Shown here in pieces: positions 51,212 through 64,000 of a stretch of DNA of 64,000 nucleotides. The notes under the pieces are model-generated. The model saw nothing but the letters and a program-made list of their open reading frames with translations. It ran no database searches and had not been told where the DNA came from. A program made the position numbers and the translations under genes. Position 1 is the stretch's first letter, and the number at the start of each line of letters is the position of its first letter. Source of the DNA: Octopus vulgaris (Eukaryota); assembly GCA_951406725.2 (NCBI GenBank), contig OX597837.1, forward strand, positions 44,702,001 to 44,766,000. Direction: 5' to 3'.

Positions 51212-51492
51212 TATAATTATGAGCATAGTTATAATTATGAGTATAGTTATAATTATGAGCATAGTTATAATTATGAGTATAGTTATAATTATGAGCATAG
51301 TTATAATTAGCAAAATTTGCCTCCACCACATACCGAAATTTAGAAATAGCAGTTAAAATACTATTGTACTACCGTAAAATATCTCCCAGACAGTAGTAGA
51401 ATAGTATTTTAACTGCTATTTCTAAATTTCGGTATGTGGTGAAGGCAAATTTTGCTGAACCCTAATTATAATTATACTCATAATTATAGAAT
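51208..51492. repeat. Large palindrome (64-bp near-perfect inner arms) with an 18-bp tandem array in the left arm
   Basis: 51309-51372 matches the reverse complement of 51393-51456 with 2 mismatches; 5 x ATAATTATGAG(C/T)ATAGTT at 51213-51302. Confidence 0.9.
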
Positions 51493-51866
51493 TTTTGTAT
51501 AAGTTTACCGATAAAGGCTCTTTTAATATAGCGAACTATTTGGTAAAATTTAAAATTATTAATTGGCTAATTAATTTTACTCTATATTATTATATATATA
51601 TATAATTATTAATTATTTTTTACTAGTTTCATCTTGTCTCTTTGTTTTCTCTCCGTGTTGATATATGGACAATTTAGGTGGTTTTAGAGTGAGATCATGG
51701 CTGCTATTTTCAGCATGGTGGTATCTCGTAGATATCCTAATTTATAATTTGAATAATTATTACCTTTGAAGGTTATCTTTTCCGTGCAGACCATTTGATA
51801 AAATCGTTATTTTATTTTGAATTAACAATCTTATCCTTATATATATATATATACATCTTTATATAT

Positions 51867-51912
<46 letters not shown>

Positions 51913-52494
51913 TTTATATATATTGTATATATGTGAACAGAGAAAGACATAGATAGAGAGAGATAGAGATAGAGAAATAGATCCGTATATATAGACAGCA
52001 TTTCTTATCGTTGCGGAAACAATTGCCAAGACATGCAGCTTTGAATAAACATATCTTTCTCCTTTAATAATAATCTGCATCTGTATTCTAAAGATATTGC
52101 AGCCGATGAACATAGGCCTTTGAAGTTTTTCTTATATACAGCACGAACTCCTTGCCCTGGTGCATGCTACTGAGGTGAAATAGATTACATGCAATTCTAA
52201 TGAAATCCTTACAAGTCCTGTTATTAGGTGCTTTATACCAAACTCTGCGCGTGTGTATGCATGTATGTCTACCAATGTTATTCTTTGGCAAAGAAATATA
52301 AAACAAAGTAGATATCTTCCAAGGTGTTATTGAACACTTATTACATAGATGTATATGCTGAATTGATATAGCTTTCTTTATACTAATTCAATCTTAGCTC
52401 TGATCCCATTCCATGTTATGATTGGATGGCTTTAGATTACAGATCTGCTTATCATGGTTGACCTAGGGTTAAACAGCAACCACATAGTTATTTA

Positions 52495-52908
52495 AATAAT
52501 AATAATAGTAATAATTGTGTACAGTGCTCAGGTGCACTACAACTCATCTAAAGTGTATATATAATCAAGTGTAGTTTCGGCGGATTTCGGAAAGCATGAG
52601 GGCCTTAAAGGATGCTGTGTCATGGCAGTCAACAACTGACGCAGGCAGTTTATTCCATGCTTTAGCAACTCTGAGCGTGAAAAAATGTTTCCGAAAGTCA
52701 TGGGAGCTGTGTTGTTTTCTGACTTTGTAGGCATGTCCACGTGTGTTGGACACATGGAGATCAAATAGGTGTGCAGTGTTGTTGTTGGTGAGGTGGTTGA
52801 TAACTTTGTGGGTGTTTACCAAGTCCGTCGCCAGACGCCGGAGCTTCAGTGAATCTATGCCCAGGGAAACAAGGCGCTCAGAATATGGTAGGTGTCTGAT
52901 GGAGGGTA
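52495..52908 (-). mobile_element. CR1-clade LINE 3' end with (ATT)n tail
   Basis: LPYSERLVSLGIDSLKLRRLATDL..TRGHAYKV..RKHFFTLRVAKAWNKLPASVV..FK; short 3' UTR and ATT tail. Confidence 0.9.
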
Positions 52909-53683
52909 TGAGAGAAAAAAAAGCCTGGTGGAGGAAACTCGTTTTGTAAAAATGTGATTTCGAGTTTCGTCTCACTTCGTGGCCTTTTAAGTAAATTTGG
53001 TAGGCCAAAATCAGTTTGGAATCCAGCGATCGTGATTTCAATTCTCAGACCTGGCAGTGCATTGTATTCTTGATCAAAGGACTTCATCTCACGCTGCTTT
53101 GCGATCACTTCGACACCTGACGCGTGGCACACAGTGCCCCTGTTCAGGCAACTTTGATTTGATGGAGAGAGTGATCTAATGTACGGCACGAACTTTTGAT
53201 CACAATAAACGAATCATTTGCGCAGGGCGTTCGGCCAAAGCTGACCGCTCATCCGTCATCTTCGAAGGAAGAGTCCATCGTCATCACATTTATCTTATTT
53301 TTTATTTGCTTCAGTCATTAGACTGAGGCCATGCTGGGGCACCACATTGAAGAATTTTTAACCAAATGAATCGACTCCAGGACTTATATTTTCAGCCTGA
53401 TACTTATTCTATCGGTCTTTTTTGCCGAACCGCTAGTTACAGGGACGTAAAAGCACCGACACCGGTTGTCAATCGGTGATGGGACACAAAGAAAAAGATG
53501 ACACAAAAACAAAAACACAAACACACACATATGACGGGCTTCTTACAGTTTCCGTCTACCACATCCACTGACAAGGCTTTGATCGGTCCAAGGCTACAAC
53601 AGAAGACACTTGCCCAAGGTGCCACGCAATGGAATTGAACCCGGAACCATTTCGTCGGGAAGCAAGCTTCTTGAGTATGTGTG

Positions 53684-53742
<59 letters not shown>

Positions 53743-53957
53743 TTGTGTTTGGCCCTCGACACCGCTTGTTAACCAGCATTGTATATATAAGTCTCCGAAA
53801 ATCCCCCGTTTGGTTTGGAGAAAGAAACGAATGGAATAAGTACTAGACTTAAGATTTAGTGCCGGGGTCGATTGTTCTACTAAACACTTCAAAGTTTTGC
53901 CCATGCTGGGGCACTGCCGTGTCGGTCTGAAACAAGTAGAAGTGATAGAAATACAGT

Positions 53958-54042
<85 letters not shown>

Positions 54043-54460
54043 TGTTGTTGTTGGTTTTTGTTATTGCTGCTGCTGTTTAAGCACAGATGAGAACGTCTGA
54101 GGGGTAGATACGATCAAAGGCCTTCCAGGCACGACCAGTCCATTCCAAACCTTTTCAAGACGGTAAAAAGAGGAGATGGAAATTGAGGGAGATTTGACTA
54201 CTCTATCTGCTACATTGAGATACCACATCTAGCCAGCCTCGACGACACGTGTTATTAGTGTTGTAATTGTTGTTGTGGCGGTTGTCGTAGTAGATGTCGA
54301 ATTCTTCTCATCAAAGAGATTTCGTAATTGGTTCGAAACAGATGTTATAATGGTTTATTCATAAGAAGGATTAAAACGGTTGTCTGTATTAGAAATCTGT
54401 TTTCTTTTCCTCTTTCTTCCTTTGTGTGCTTCTTTTCTTTCTTTCTTTCTTTCTTTCTTC

Positions 54461-54535
<75 letters not shown>

Positions 54536-55278
54536 TATTTATTTCTTGCTTTCTTTTCTTGCATCCAGTTTTAATAAATTTCTTGTGCATCGACACGTTC
54601 AGCGTATCAAAGGTTTATTCTGCAGGAAAACGTGAAGAACTCAAGGAAGAGGTGGGGCGGGTGTAAGACTAGGGTGGGAAAATGGCTGGACTGGACAGCA
54701 GACAGTCTCTGGACTGCGCTAGCACTCGCAGAGTTCTTTAGAAGGCGCCATATGTTTCCCACTCATAGTCTTATGTGTGCGTGTTTACGTGTCTCTATGT
54801 ATTTGTAGGCCACTATGTGTGTGTGTATGTGTGTGTGTGTCTGTGCCATTGTGTGTGTATACGTATGCCTATGTGTGTGTGTGTGTGTGTGTGTGTGTCT
54901 GTGCCATTGTGTGTGTATACGTATGCCTATGTGTGTGTGTGTGTCTGTGTGTGTGTGTGTGGATGTGTGTGTGGATGTGTGTGTGGATGCATGTACCGGT
55001 GTGTGCGCGCGTATGTGTTTGTTTGATGTTTCATTCAATAGTCAAGGAGTTCGCTATGCGATGAGGTCCCGCGTTCGATCTCACTTTGTAGCGTCCTGAT
55101 CAAATATTTTATTTTTAATGTGTGCATTCGTGGGTGAATTCGGGTGTGTGAGGACATGAACTTGGTTGTGTGAGTGGATAGGAACTTCTCTTGGCAGCAA
55201 TTTTGTTCTGTGTTCGATCTCATTTTGCCGCATCTGGGCAAGCTTTTTCGTTTTTAGTTCTTTTGCGTGTGTATGGCA

Positions 55279-55323
<45 letters not shown>

Positions 55324-55423
55324 GAAGAAGCGAAAGAAAGCGGAGATTGGGAAGTTAACAATTTTTTATTAGTAACAGCAAATTAATCATCTTTACTTAT
55401 AGATGTTTCAATTAATACTATAC

Positions 55424-55520
<97 letters not shown>

Positions 55521-55574
55521 AATAGGGAGAGTTTATGAACAAAACAAAAGACGAAGACATATATATATATATAC

Positions 55575-55626
<52 letters not shown>

Positions 55627-56303
55627 CATAATATATATATTATATATATACATATATATATATACATATACATATACATATATATAAATATATATATATA
55701 GTGTACATAAATAAATTAAATAGATGTATTAATATAACGCTCATGAATAGAAAAAGTCTTTTACGTTTCGAGCCTACGCTCTTCTATAGAAAGGTACACA
55801 GAAAAAACAAGGAGAGAAACAAGGAGAGAAAAAAAATATATAAATGGAACAAAAACACAATAGAGTACAATAAAACATTCGGACAGATAGACGATGTAAG
55901 GCGGACAAGAAAAACAACAATTAGAAGGACAAGGGGGAAAAAGAAGGGTCATTCGTGGCCTTCTTTCCTCAGTCAAGTCCCAGAAGTCACGATTGTTTCG
56001 GTTCAATCTGGATATATGACTGCAGCCGCGTGGCTGAAACGAATAAACGAATAAATGTTACAAATAACAAAAGCAAAAACAAACAAACAACAAAAGACAG
56101 AGACAGGTGAGGAGAACACAAAATATTGGTTTGACGCTTAGGAAAAATGGAAGTCTTTGACGTTTCGAGCCTATGCTTCCCTCCAGAAAGGAATGAGTAG
56201 ACAAAACAGATGGGGGGAAGGAAAACGAACAGAAAAAAACGTGTATCTATTAACGGTTGCACTTGTTTGCATTGCTGCGTTTGTTCAAACATGCACACAC
56301 ACA

Positions 56304-56340
<37 letters not shown>

Positions 56341-56603
56341 TAACACACACGCGTACAGACAAACACACACACATATATAAACCAACATAGTGTACATAGA
56401 AACATCGTAAATTTAACTCTTTCTCCGTAGATGGAAAAGAATGATGAAGAGCATTTATCGATTTTCGAACATTATTGAATTCTCATCAGGGGTGTTTACA
56501 TTATTTTGACCAATCCCAGAGAAATAAGCAGCCCGACTCTGCATAACTTCCACAAATCCAGCAGCTACAGCAACAGAGAACCGGAGGGGGTGTGCGTAGG
56601 TAT

Positions 56604-56640
<37 letters not shown>

Positions 56641-56790
56641 TACACACACACGCTCACAGACACACCTCACACATCGCACAAACTCAGATATAAGAAGTCA
56701 CACCCACCCACGCATACATGCACATATTTGCAATTGCTCTTGCGCATCTGTGTATGTGTATATGCATCTATTTGTGTCTTTGTGTCTATA

Positions 56791-57012
<222 letters not shown>

Positions 57013-58828
57013 CTTAATCGTGTTTATCAGCATCATTGTCTCTTTATATGAATATATGTATATGTGTGAATATACATATGTATATATTTATATATATATA
57101 TGTGTGTGTGTCTGTGTGTGTGTGTTTCTGCATATGCGTGTCTCCGTATTTGTGCATGTGTGAACCCAGATAATGGTATTGGCTCTCTTTATGCTAAATT
57201 GACAACGACGATTCATAAAATGAATTATTGTGTGGCAATTAGATGAATTGATTTCCGACAGTTTCATTCGAATTACAGTTTTTTTCCTCTTTTTTCCACA
57301 TGAAATCAGCGAATAATTAGGATGTATTACTGTTTGCGTTGCTGTTTTTATTGTTGTTGTTGCTGTTATTGTAGTTGCTGTAGTTGTTGTTTTTCTGTTG
57401 GTGATGATGATGACAATGATTAGGCCGCTATGTTGTCATTTTTGTCCGGCTTTATGCTCTGAGTTCAAATTCCGCAGAGGTCGACTTTGTTTTCACTCTT
57501 CGCGTCGAGCTGGCAGAATCGTTAGTGCGTCGGGAAAAATGCTTTGCGGTATTTCGTCTGCCGTTACGTTCTGAGTTCAAATTCCGTCGAGGTCGACTTT
57601 GCCTTTCATCTTATCGGGGTCGATAAATTAAGTACCAGTTACGCACTGGGGTCGATGTAATCGACTTAATCCGTTTGTCTGTCCTTGTTTGTCCCCTCTG
57701 GGTTTAGCCCCTTGTGGGTAGTAAAAAAAATAGGTATTTCGTCTGCTGCTACGTTCTGAGTTCAAATTCCGCCGAGGTCGACTTTGCCTTTCATCCTTTC
57801 GGAGTCGATTAAATAAGTACCAGTTACGCACTGGGGTCGATGTAATCGACTTAATCCGTTTGTCTTTCCTTGTTTGTCCCCTCTGTGTTTAGCCCCTTGT
57901 GGGTAGTAAACAAATAGGTATTTCGTCAGTTTAACGTTGTGAGTTCAATTCTTGCCCCTACCTCACCCCAGGTCGACTTTGTCTTCCATTCTTTCGGAGT
58001 CAATGAAATAAATATCTTCCCCCGAAATTGCTGGCGTAGTGCCAAAATTTATTGTTGTTGTTGCTGTTGGTTTTCTAAAACTGCAGTGTTTCAATTATTC
58101 AGTTTGACGATCAGATCTATGACACGTAGACAGATGCTCCAACGGGCCACGTACGACCAATAGAAATGCTGTTCCATGTACCCCACTCGTTTTCCGCTTT
58201 CTAGGAGTCATCTGAACGTCATCTATCGGATCGCTATTATACTACGACTATAGTCAGTCACATGAAGTGCCATTTTGAGGCACAGAATTAAACATTCTCT
58301 CCACTGTTCAATTCTATTTATGTATACCTGTTGTTGGTGTTGTTGTTTGGTTTTAGTTCAGCCTGATCAAAGTGGCATATTATCAAAAGTATTCTAATCG
58401 TAACCACCCCACATTTTCACCATATTTACTGCTTGGCTCAGCTTAGATCTGTCAGGAGCCCAAGGACTCATAAAAGCAGAGCTTAACCTCGTTCCAATGG
58501 CTTTAAGTGACAGACATTACAACACTCTTCCTTGGACGTTGTCATTTTTGTCCGGCTTTATGTTCTGAGTTCAAATTCCGCGGAGGTCGACTTTGCTTTC
58601 ACTATTCGCGGCGAGCTGGCAGAATCGTTAGCACGCCGGGAAAAATGCTCAGCGGTATTTCGTCTGCCGTTAAACACGTTTAAAGCTGAGGAGAGTGGAG
58701 CAATGCGAAATCAAGTGTTTTGCTCAAGAACACAATGCAACACCTGATCTGGAATCGAAACCATGTTATATCGATCGTGAGTGCAACACGCTAACCACTA
58801 GGCTGCGAGCCTTTACAGATATATTACA

Positions 58829-59716
58829 AATCACTGAATATGGCTCGCGAATTTTTTGAGACTGTAACATATATTTGTCTAGGTTTGGCGACTATTTCAT
58901 TGTTTGTTCCTTCTCGAGCCATGCCTGGATCATAAGGTTCGGTTTTCCGGTTTCTTGGCGTAGAGCTTCCCCACCTGGACGGGACGCCGGTCCATCGCAG
59001 GTGAGCTGCAAGATGCAGGAGGAAAGAGTGAGAGAAAGTTGTGGCGAAAGCATCAGCAGAAGTTTCGCCATTACCTTCTGCCGGAGCCGCGTGGAGATTA
59101 GGTGTTTCGCTCATAAACACACACATCGTCCGGTCTGAGATTCGAACCCGCGATCCCTCAACCGCAAGTCAGCTGCTCTAACCACAAGGCCATGTGCCTC
59201 CACCTACTATTTCATGCTGCTTGGACAATCACCGAATATGGCCCGCGAATTTTTTGAGACTGCAACAATATATTAGTCTAGGTTTGGCTACTATTTCATT
59301 GTTTGTTCCTTCTCGAGCCATGCCTGGATCATAAGGTTCGGTTTTCCGGTTTCTTGGCGTAGAGGTTCCCCACCTGGATCGGGCTGCCGGTCCATCGCAG
59401 GTGAGCTGCAAGATGCAGGAGGAGGAAAGAGTGAGGGAAAGTTGTGGCGAAAGCGTCAGCAGAAGTTTCGCCATTACCTTCTGCCGGAGCCGCGTGGAGA
59501 TTAAGTGTTTTGCTCATAAACACAAACATCGTCCGGTCTGAGATTCGAACTCGCGATCCCTCAACCGCGAGTCCGCTGCTCTAACCACAAGGCCATGTGC
59601 CTCCACCTACTATTTCATGCTGCTTGGACAATCACCGAATATGGCTCGCGAATTTTTTGAGACTGTAACAATATATTTGCCTAGGTTTGGCTACTATTTC
59701 ATGCAGGTTGGACAAC
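58829..59716. repeat. Tandem array: two SINE-D-filled units and one empty ~87-bp unit
   Basis: Units start at 58829, 59227 and 59630. TSD CTACTATTTCAT flanks the SINE copies (one mismatch at 58889-58900) and occurs once in the empty unit (59691-59702). Confidence 0.88.
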
Positions 59717-59734
59717 CATATAAAAGCACCTGTA

Positions 59735-59947
59735 CAGGGTGTCCACAAAGTCTGGGTACATGGGGATTAACACATACTTTAAGAAATTAATATTTATTAT
59801 ATTCAATTCTTTATGTTATGATTTTATTTACTCCATGTACCCACATGAGGATTAACACATACTTTAAGAAATTATTATTTCTTATATTTAATGGTTTGTG
59901 TTATGATTTTTATTTACTCCATGTACCCAGACTTTGTGGACACCCTG
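59735..59947. mobile_element. Tc1/mariner-type MITE with 29-bp perfect TIRs and TA TSD
   Basis: CAGGGTGTCCACAAAGTCTGGGTACATGG at both ends; TA at 59733-59734 and 59948-59949. Confidence 0.92.
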
Positions 59948-60375
59948 TAGATTCTACTGGTATACCGGTGGTCACATCTAAATGGCAAGAAGTGCCATTC
60001 TGATATGGTCACCTCGGTGACATCGCGGCACCGGCTTCCCGTCTGTACTTCAAAATCGGTGCAAATATTGACAAATACCGTCTTTGTTTACAAATTTGCA
60101 GCAAACACGTATTGCACCGGAATGACTCTGGATTTCATTCTGCGAATCAAACCTTAAATTCCTCGGTTCCTTTGTCTGTCGATACGTGAGGGAATCAACC
60201 GTTATTATTACTTGTTGTTGTTGTTGTTGTTGTCATAATCATAAATATCCATGATATATTGTGAGATTTATTGCTTTCGATAAAAGATTAATCGATAGCA
60301 TATCGATTCTTCTTCCGACTGCACCGACATGGGAAACCGACCGATACCGTTTGATTTTTTTCTTCAAGTCAGTCA

Positions 60376-60423
<48 letters not shown>

Positions 60424-60424
60424 C

Positions 60425-60456
<32 letters not shown>

Positions 60457-61477
60457 CTATTTCTTTACTACCACCACTACAACTACTACTACTACTACCT
60501 ATTTCTTTACTACCCACAAGGGGCTAAACACAGAGAGGACAAACAAGGACAGACAAATGGATTAAGTCGATTATATCGACCCCAGTGCGTAACTGGTACT
60601 TATTTAATCGACCCCGAAATCTGTCATTTGCTTCAGTCATTGGACTACGGCCATGCTGGGACTCCGACTTTAGGTGTTGTGTCAAGCAAAGGGACGTCTG
60701 TATTCGTCTTTTTAAAATCTGATAGTTATCCTATCGGTCACTTTTATGGTCACTTTTATGGGATCACTCAGTTACGAGGACGTAACCAAAACAACACCAG
60801 TTACCAAGTGGTGGCTGGAAGACCAACACAGAGACACACAAACACACACAAATCGTGAGTGCGTGTGTGTGCGCGCGCGTGTGTGTGTGTGCGTGTGTGT
60901 GTGTACGATGGACTTCCACATAGCTTTAACCAGCCGAATCCACTCCCAAGGCATTGGTAGGCCCGGTGCTATAGTGGAAGATTCTTGCTGAGAGTGCCAC
61001 TGAGAGCAGTAGAATCGAACCCACAACCACGCGGTGGCAAAGTGAACGTCTTTAACCACACAGCCAAATTAGTAGCATTTGAAACATATTTTTCAACGCG
61101 TATTTCTATTAATACTAGAAATCTCGGGAGTGTTTATGATGATTGCGACAGACAGATTTTTAAGATCGTTATCCGGCAAGTAAAACCGCATCACAAGTTT
61201 CGTTAATCGGTTCCTCAGCTTTTTGTTCTCGCGTATTCACCGCCACAAAAATATTTGGAAGTCTCTAAACAAACTAAAGTTAGAACATCGATTTATTATT
61301 TTCGACATTTAGGATTTCTGCTATTCGTTTGGGTAAAAACATTATTAATATATATATATATATATATATAAATAGTTATGTAGTAAAAGAAAAAAGAAAA
61401 ATAATCGATTAAGGATATACATACATACATACATACATACATACATACATACATACATACACACACACATACACACA

Positions 61478-61525
<48 letters not shown>

Positions 61526-61934
61526 TAGATACACATACACACACATATGTACAAAGGAATATCGACTCGGTGTTTTTATAGGCTGCTAACATTTTAGAAA
61601 TATCTATTGAGCTAATGATCAGGAATTTTAACTCGAACAACTATATATTAAAAAAAACAAAAAAAAAAACAAGAAACTTGTTTTGACAGACGTTAGATAC
61701 GAAGAATGAGATGAAGCAAAAAGGCAAAGAAAAAAGCCCCCCCCCCCCAAAAAAAAAACTTTAAAAAATTACACAAATACACACACAGCCAATCAAAGTC
61801 GATATCGTTTGATTTCCAAGTCTGTTGCTACTGACTAATTAATACAAACTTTTACTATACTTAATCACTGTGGTTCTATTTGTTGCTAAGGTGGTGGTGG
61901 TGTTGGTGGTGTTCGTCGTCGTCGTCGTCGTCGT

Positions 61935-62320
61935 CTGGTAGCGCAATGGCCCAGTGGTTAGGGCAGCGGACTCGCGGTCGTAGGATCGCGGTTTCGATTC
62001 CCAGACCGGGCGTTGTGAGTGTTTATTGAGCGAAAACACCTAAAAGCTCCACGAGGCTCCGGCAGGGGGTGGTGGTGATCCCTGCTGTACTCTTTCACCA
62101 CAACTTTCTCTCACTCTTACTTCCTGTTTCTGTTGTACCTGTATTTCAAAGGGCCGGCCTTGTCACTCTCTGTGTCACGCTGAATATCCCCGAGAACTAC
62201 GTTAAGGGTACACGTGTCTGTGGAGTGCTCAGCCACTTACACGTTAATTTCACGAGCAGGCTGTTCCGTTGATCGGATCAACCGGAACCCTCGTCGTCGT
62301 AACCGACGGAGTGCTTCCAA
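61935..62320 (+). mobile_element. SINE family C, full length
   Basis: Near-identical to 1713-2101(-); the two 67-aa ORFs 1763..1966 and 62069..62272 differ by one residue. Confidence 0.88.
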
Positions 62321-63190
62321 AAGGTGGTGGTGTTAGTGGTGCCCGTCGTCGTCTGGTATCAGATCACTCCTGACAGAACAAACCTTGAATCAAAAACGTT
62401 CTAGCCGTGACTATCCCGTTTATCTTTATCTGTAAATGCTTGCCTGCATTGTCCGATGCATCACTAAACTCTTTTCCTTTTATCTTTTACCATTGACTTG
62501 TTTCTGTCACTGGACTGCGGCCATGCTGGGGCATCGTCTTAAAGGGTTTGGTCTGTAAATCGCTTCAAGTTCTTAGCCTTTTGTTAAGACCGGTACTTCT
62601 TCCACCATTCTCTTTTGCCGAACTGTAAGTTGACGGGGGCGTAAACAAACCAACGTCGTGCATCCACATAGTTTCTGTCTACCAAATTCACTCACAAGGA
62701 TTTGGTCGACCCCAGGCTATAGTAGAAGAAGCTTGCACGAAGAGGGACTGAACCTGGAACAATGTGGTTGGCAAGTAAACTTCTTACCACGCAGCCAGAC
62801 TTGCACCAATTGTTGTTGTTGTTGTTACTGCTGTAGTTGTTGTTGTTGTTCTTCTTCTTCTCCTTCTTCTTGTTCTTCTTCTTCTTGTTCTTGTTCTTCT
62901 TGTTCTTCTTCTTGTTCTTCTTGTTGTTGTTGTTGTTCTTCTTCAAAACCAAGAACTCATATCAAATATTGTTTTAGTACCGCTATTGCCTAGTACGTGC
63001 TACCAAGCTTTCACAAGAGTAAAAACCAGATAGAGAGACAGACAGGAAAAAGGAGAATGTCCCTTGTATTTGAAAACTATGGGAATATTTTTAAAACATT
63101 TCAATTAATTTTTCCACAATTTAATTGTTTTTTATACTTTTACTTTAAGTTGAAAAAGTCACATATCAACTCGTGGTTTCCTTTCCAACG

Positions 63191-63266
<76 letters not shown>

Positions 63267-63392
63267 GTAAAAAAATACAAACTAGGACAAGAACACAAAA
63301 CATTTACAAGACGATACAAAAAACACGGACGGGACATTCGAAGCCTTCAATCTTCAGTCAAGAACCGGATCATCCTCGCAATTTCGGCTGAT

Positions 63393-63426
<34 letters not shown>

Positions 63427-63466
63427 CACATACATATATATATATACATACATACATACATACATG

Positions 63467-63505
<39 letters not shown>

Positions 63506-63531
63506 ATATGTATATATATATATATATATAT

Positions 63532-63580
<49 letters not shown>

Positions 63581-64000
63581 TTTATCTCCCTCAATTTTTA
63601 AATATTTAAATAAATACGTTCCCTAGTAGTAAGCTTTACCCGCAGTGAATTATTCACTGCAGCCCTTCGCTTCAGGAGTCTCTTAGCGCGCCGGAACCAA
63701 GACATTTGAAATTTTATTCCCGATGTAATCAGTAAGACTAAGCACGTGTCTGTCTTGACACAGAGAGCTGGGGTTAGTCTTGCGGTTTGCATCTCGAGGA
63801 CCGAATGTACTGAAGAAGTCACGGACACTTGAATTATGCAAGTAATTCTTTTGTTAAGACCGAAACCGAGGTATGCATTTAAGTCTGTTTTTTTATTTAA
63901 TTTTTCATATGTCCTGCCCGCCAAATTTGGTTCTGGTGTTCGCTGAATTCTTCCTCTAGAGAATTTCCCTTGTAGTTTGATCGTTTATGATCTATTTCTA

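Noticed and set aside
61935-62010. tRNA gene-like sequence (also at 4258 and other SINE heads)
   Set aside because: A/B boxes are present but continue into SINE bodies found in multiple copies; these are SINE heads, not tRNA genes.

Overview
Eukaryotic, AT-rich, microsatellite- and SINE-dense genomic DNA. The repeat families look like those of an octopus (coleoid cephalopod); this is inference from recalled repeat sequences, not a search. One protein-coding gene is well supported: a complete 12-exon isovaleryl-CoA dehydrogenase (IVD) on the minus strand. It runs from the ATG at 16383 to the TAG at 156, gives 1269 nt / 422 aa, and all introns are GT-AG. The remaining ~48 kb is mostly repeats: at least five SINE-like families, decayed LINE fragments (R4-like, RTE, CR1, L1/Tx1-like, CRE-like), mariner/Tc1 relics, MITEs and simple repeats. 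Almost all ORFs in the supplied track are microsatellite or SINE artefacts. Most notable unannotated signals: (i) an apparently intact type I hammerhead ribozyme in an inverted repeat (50899-50940) plus several minimal Penelope-type hammerhead motifs; (ii) a tandem 184-bp structured element with partial HDV-like ribozyme topology in IVD intron 8; (iii) two unrelated GG-terminated MITEs with 8- and 9-bp TSDs that both carry TTAGGG repeats; (iv) head-to-tail SINE multimers with a recurrent junction; (v) an AG|GTGAGT recursive-splicing-like motif at IVD exon 4; (vi) local templated insertions. No prokaryotic-type systems (CRISPR, operons) are present.
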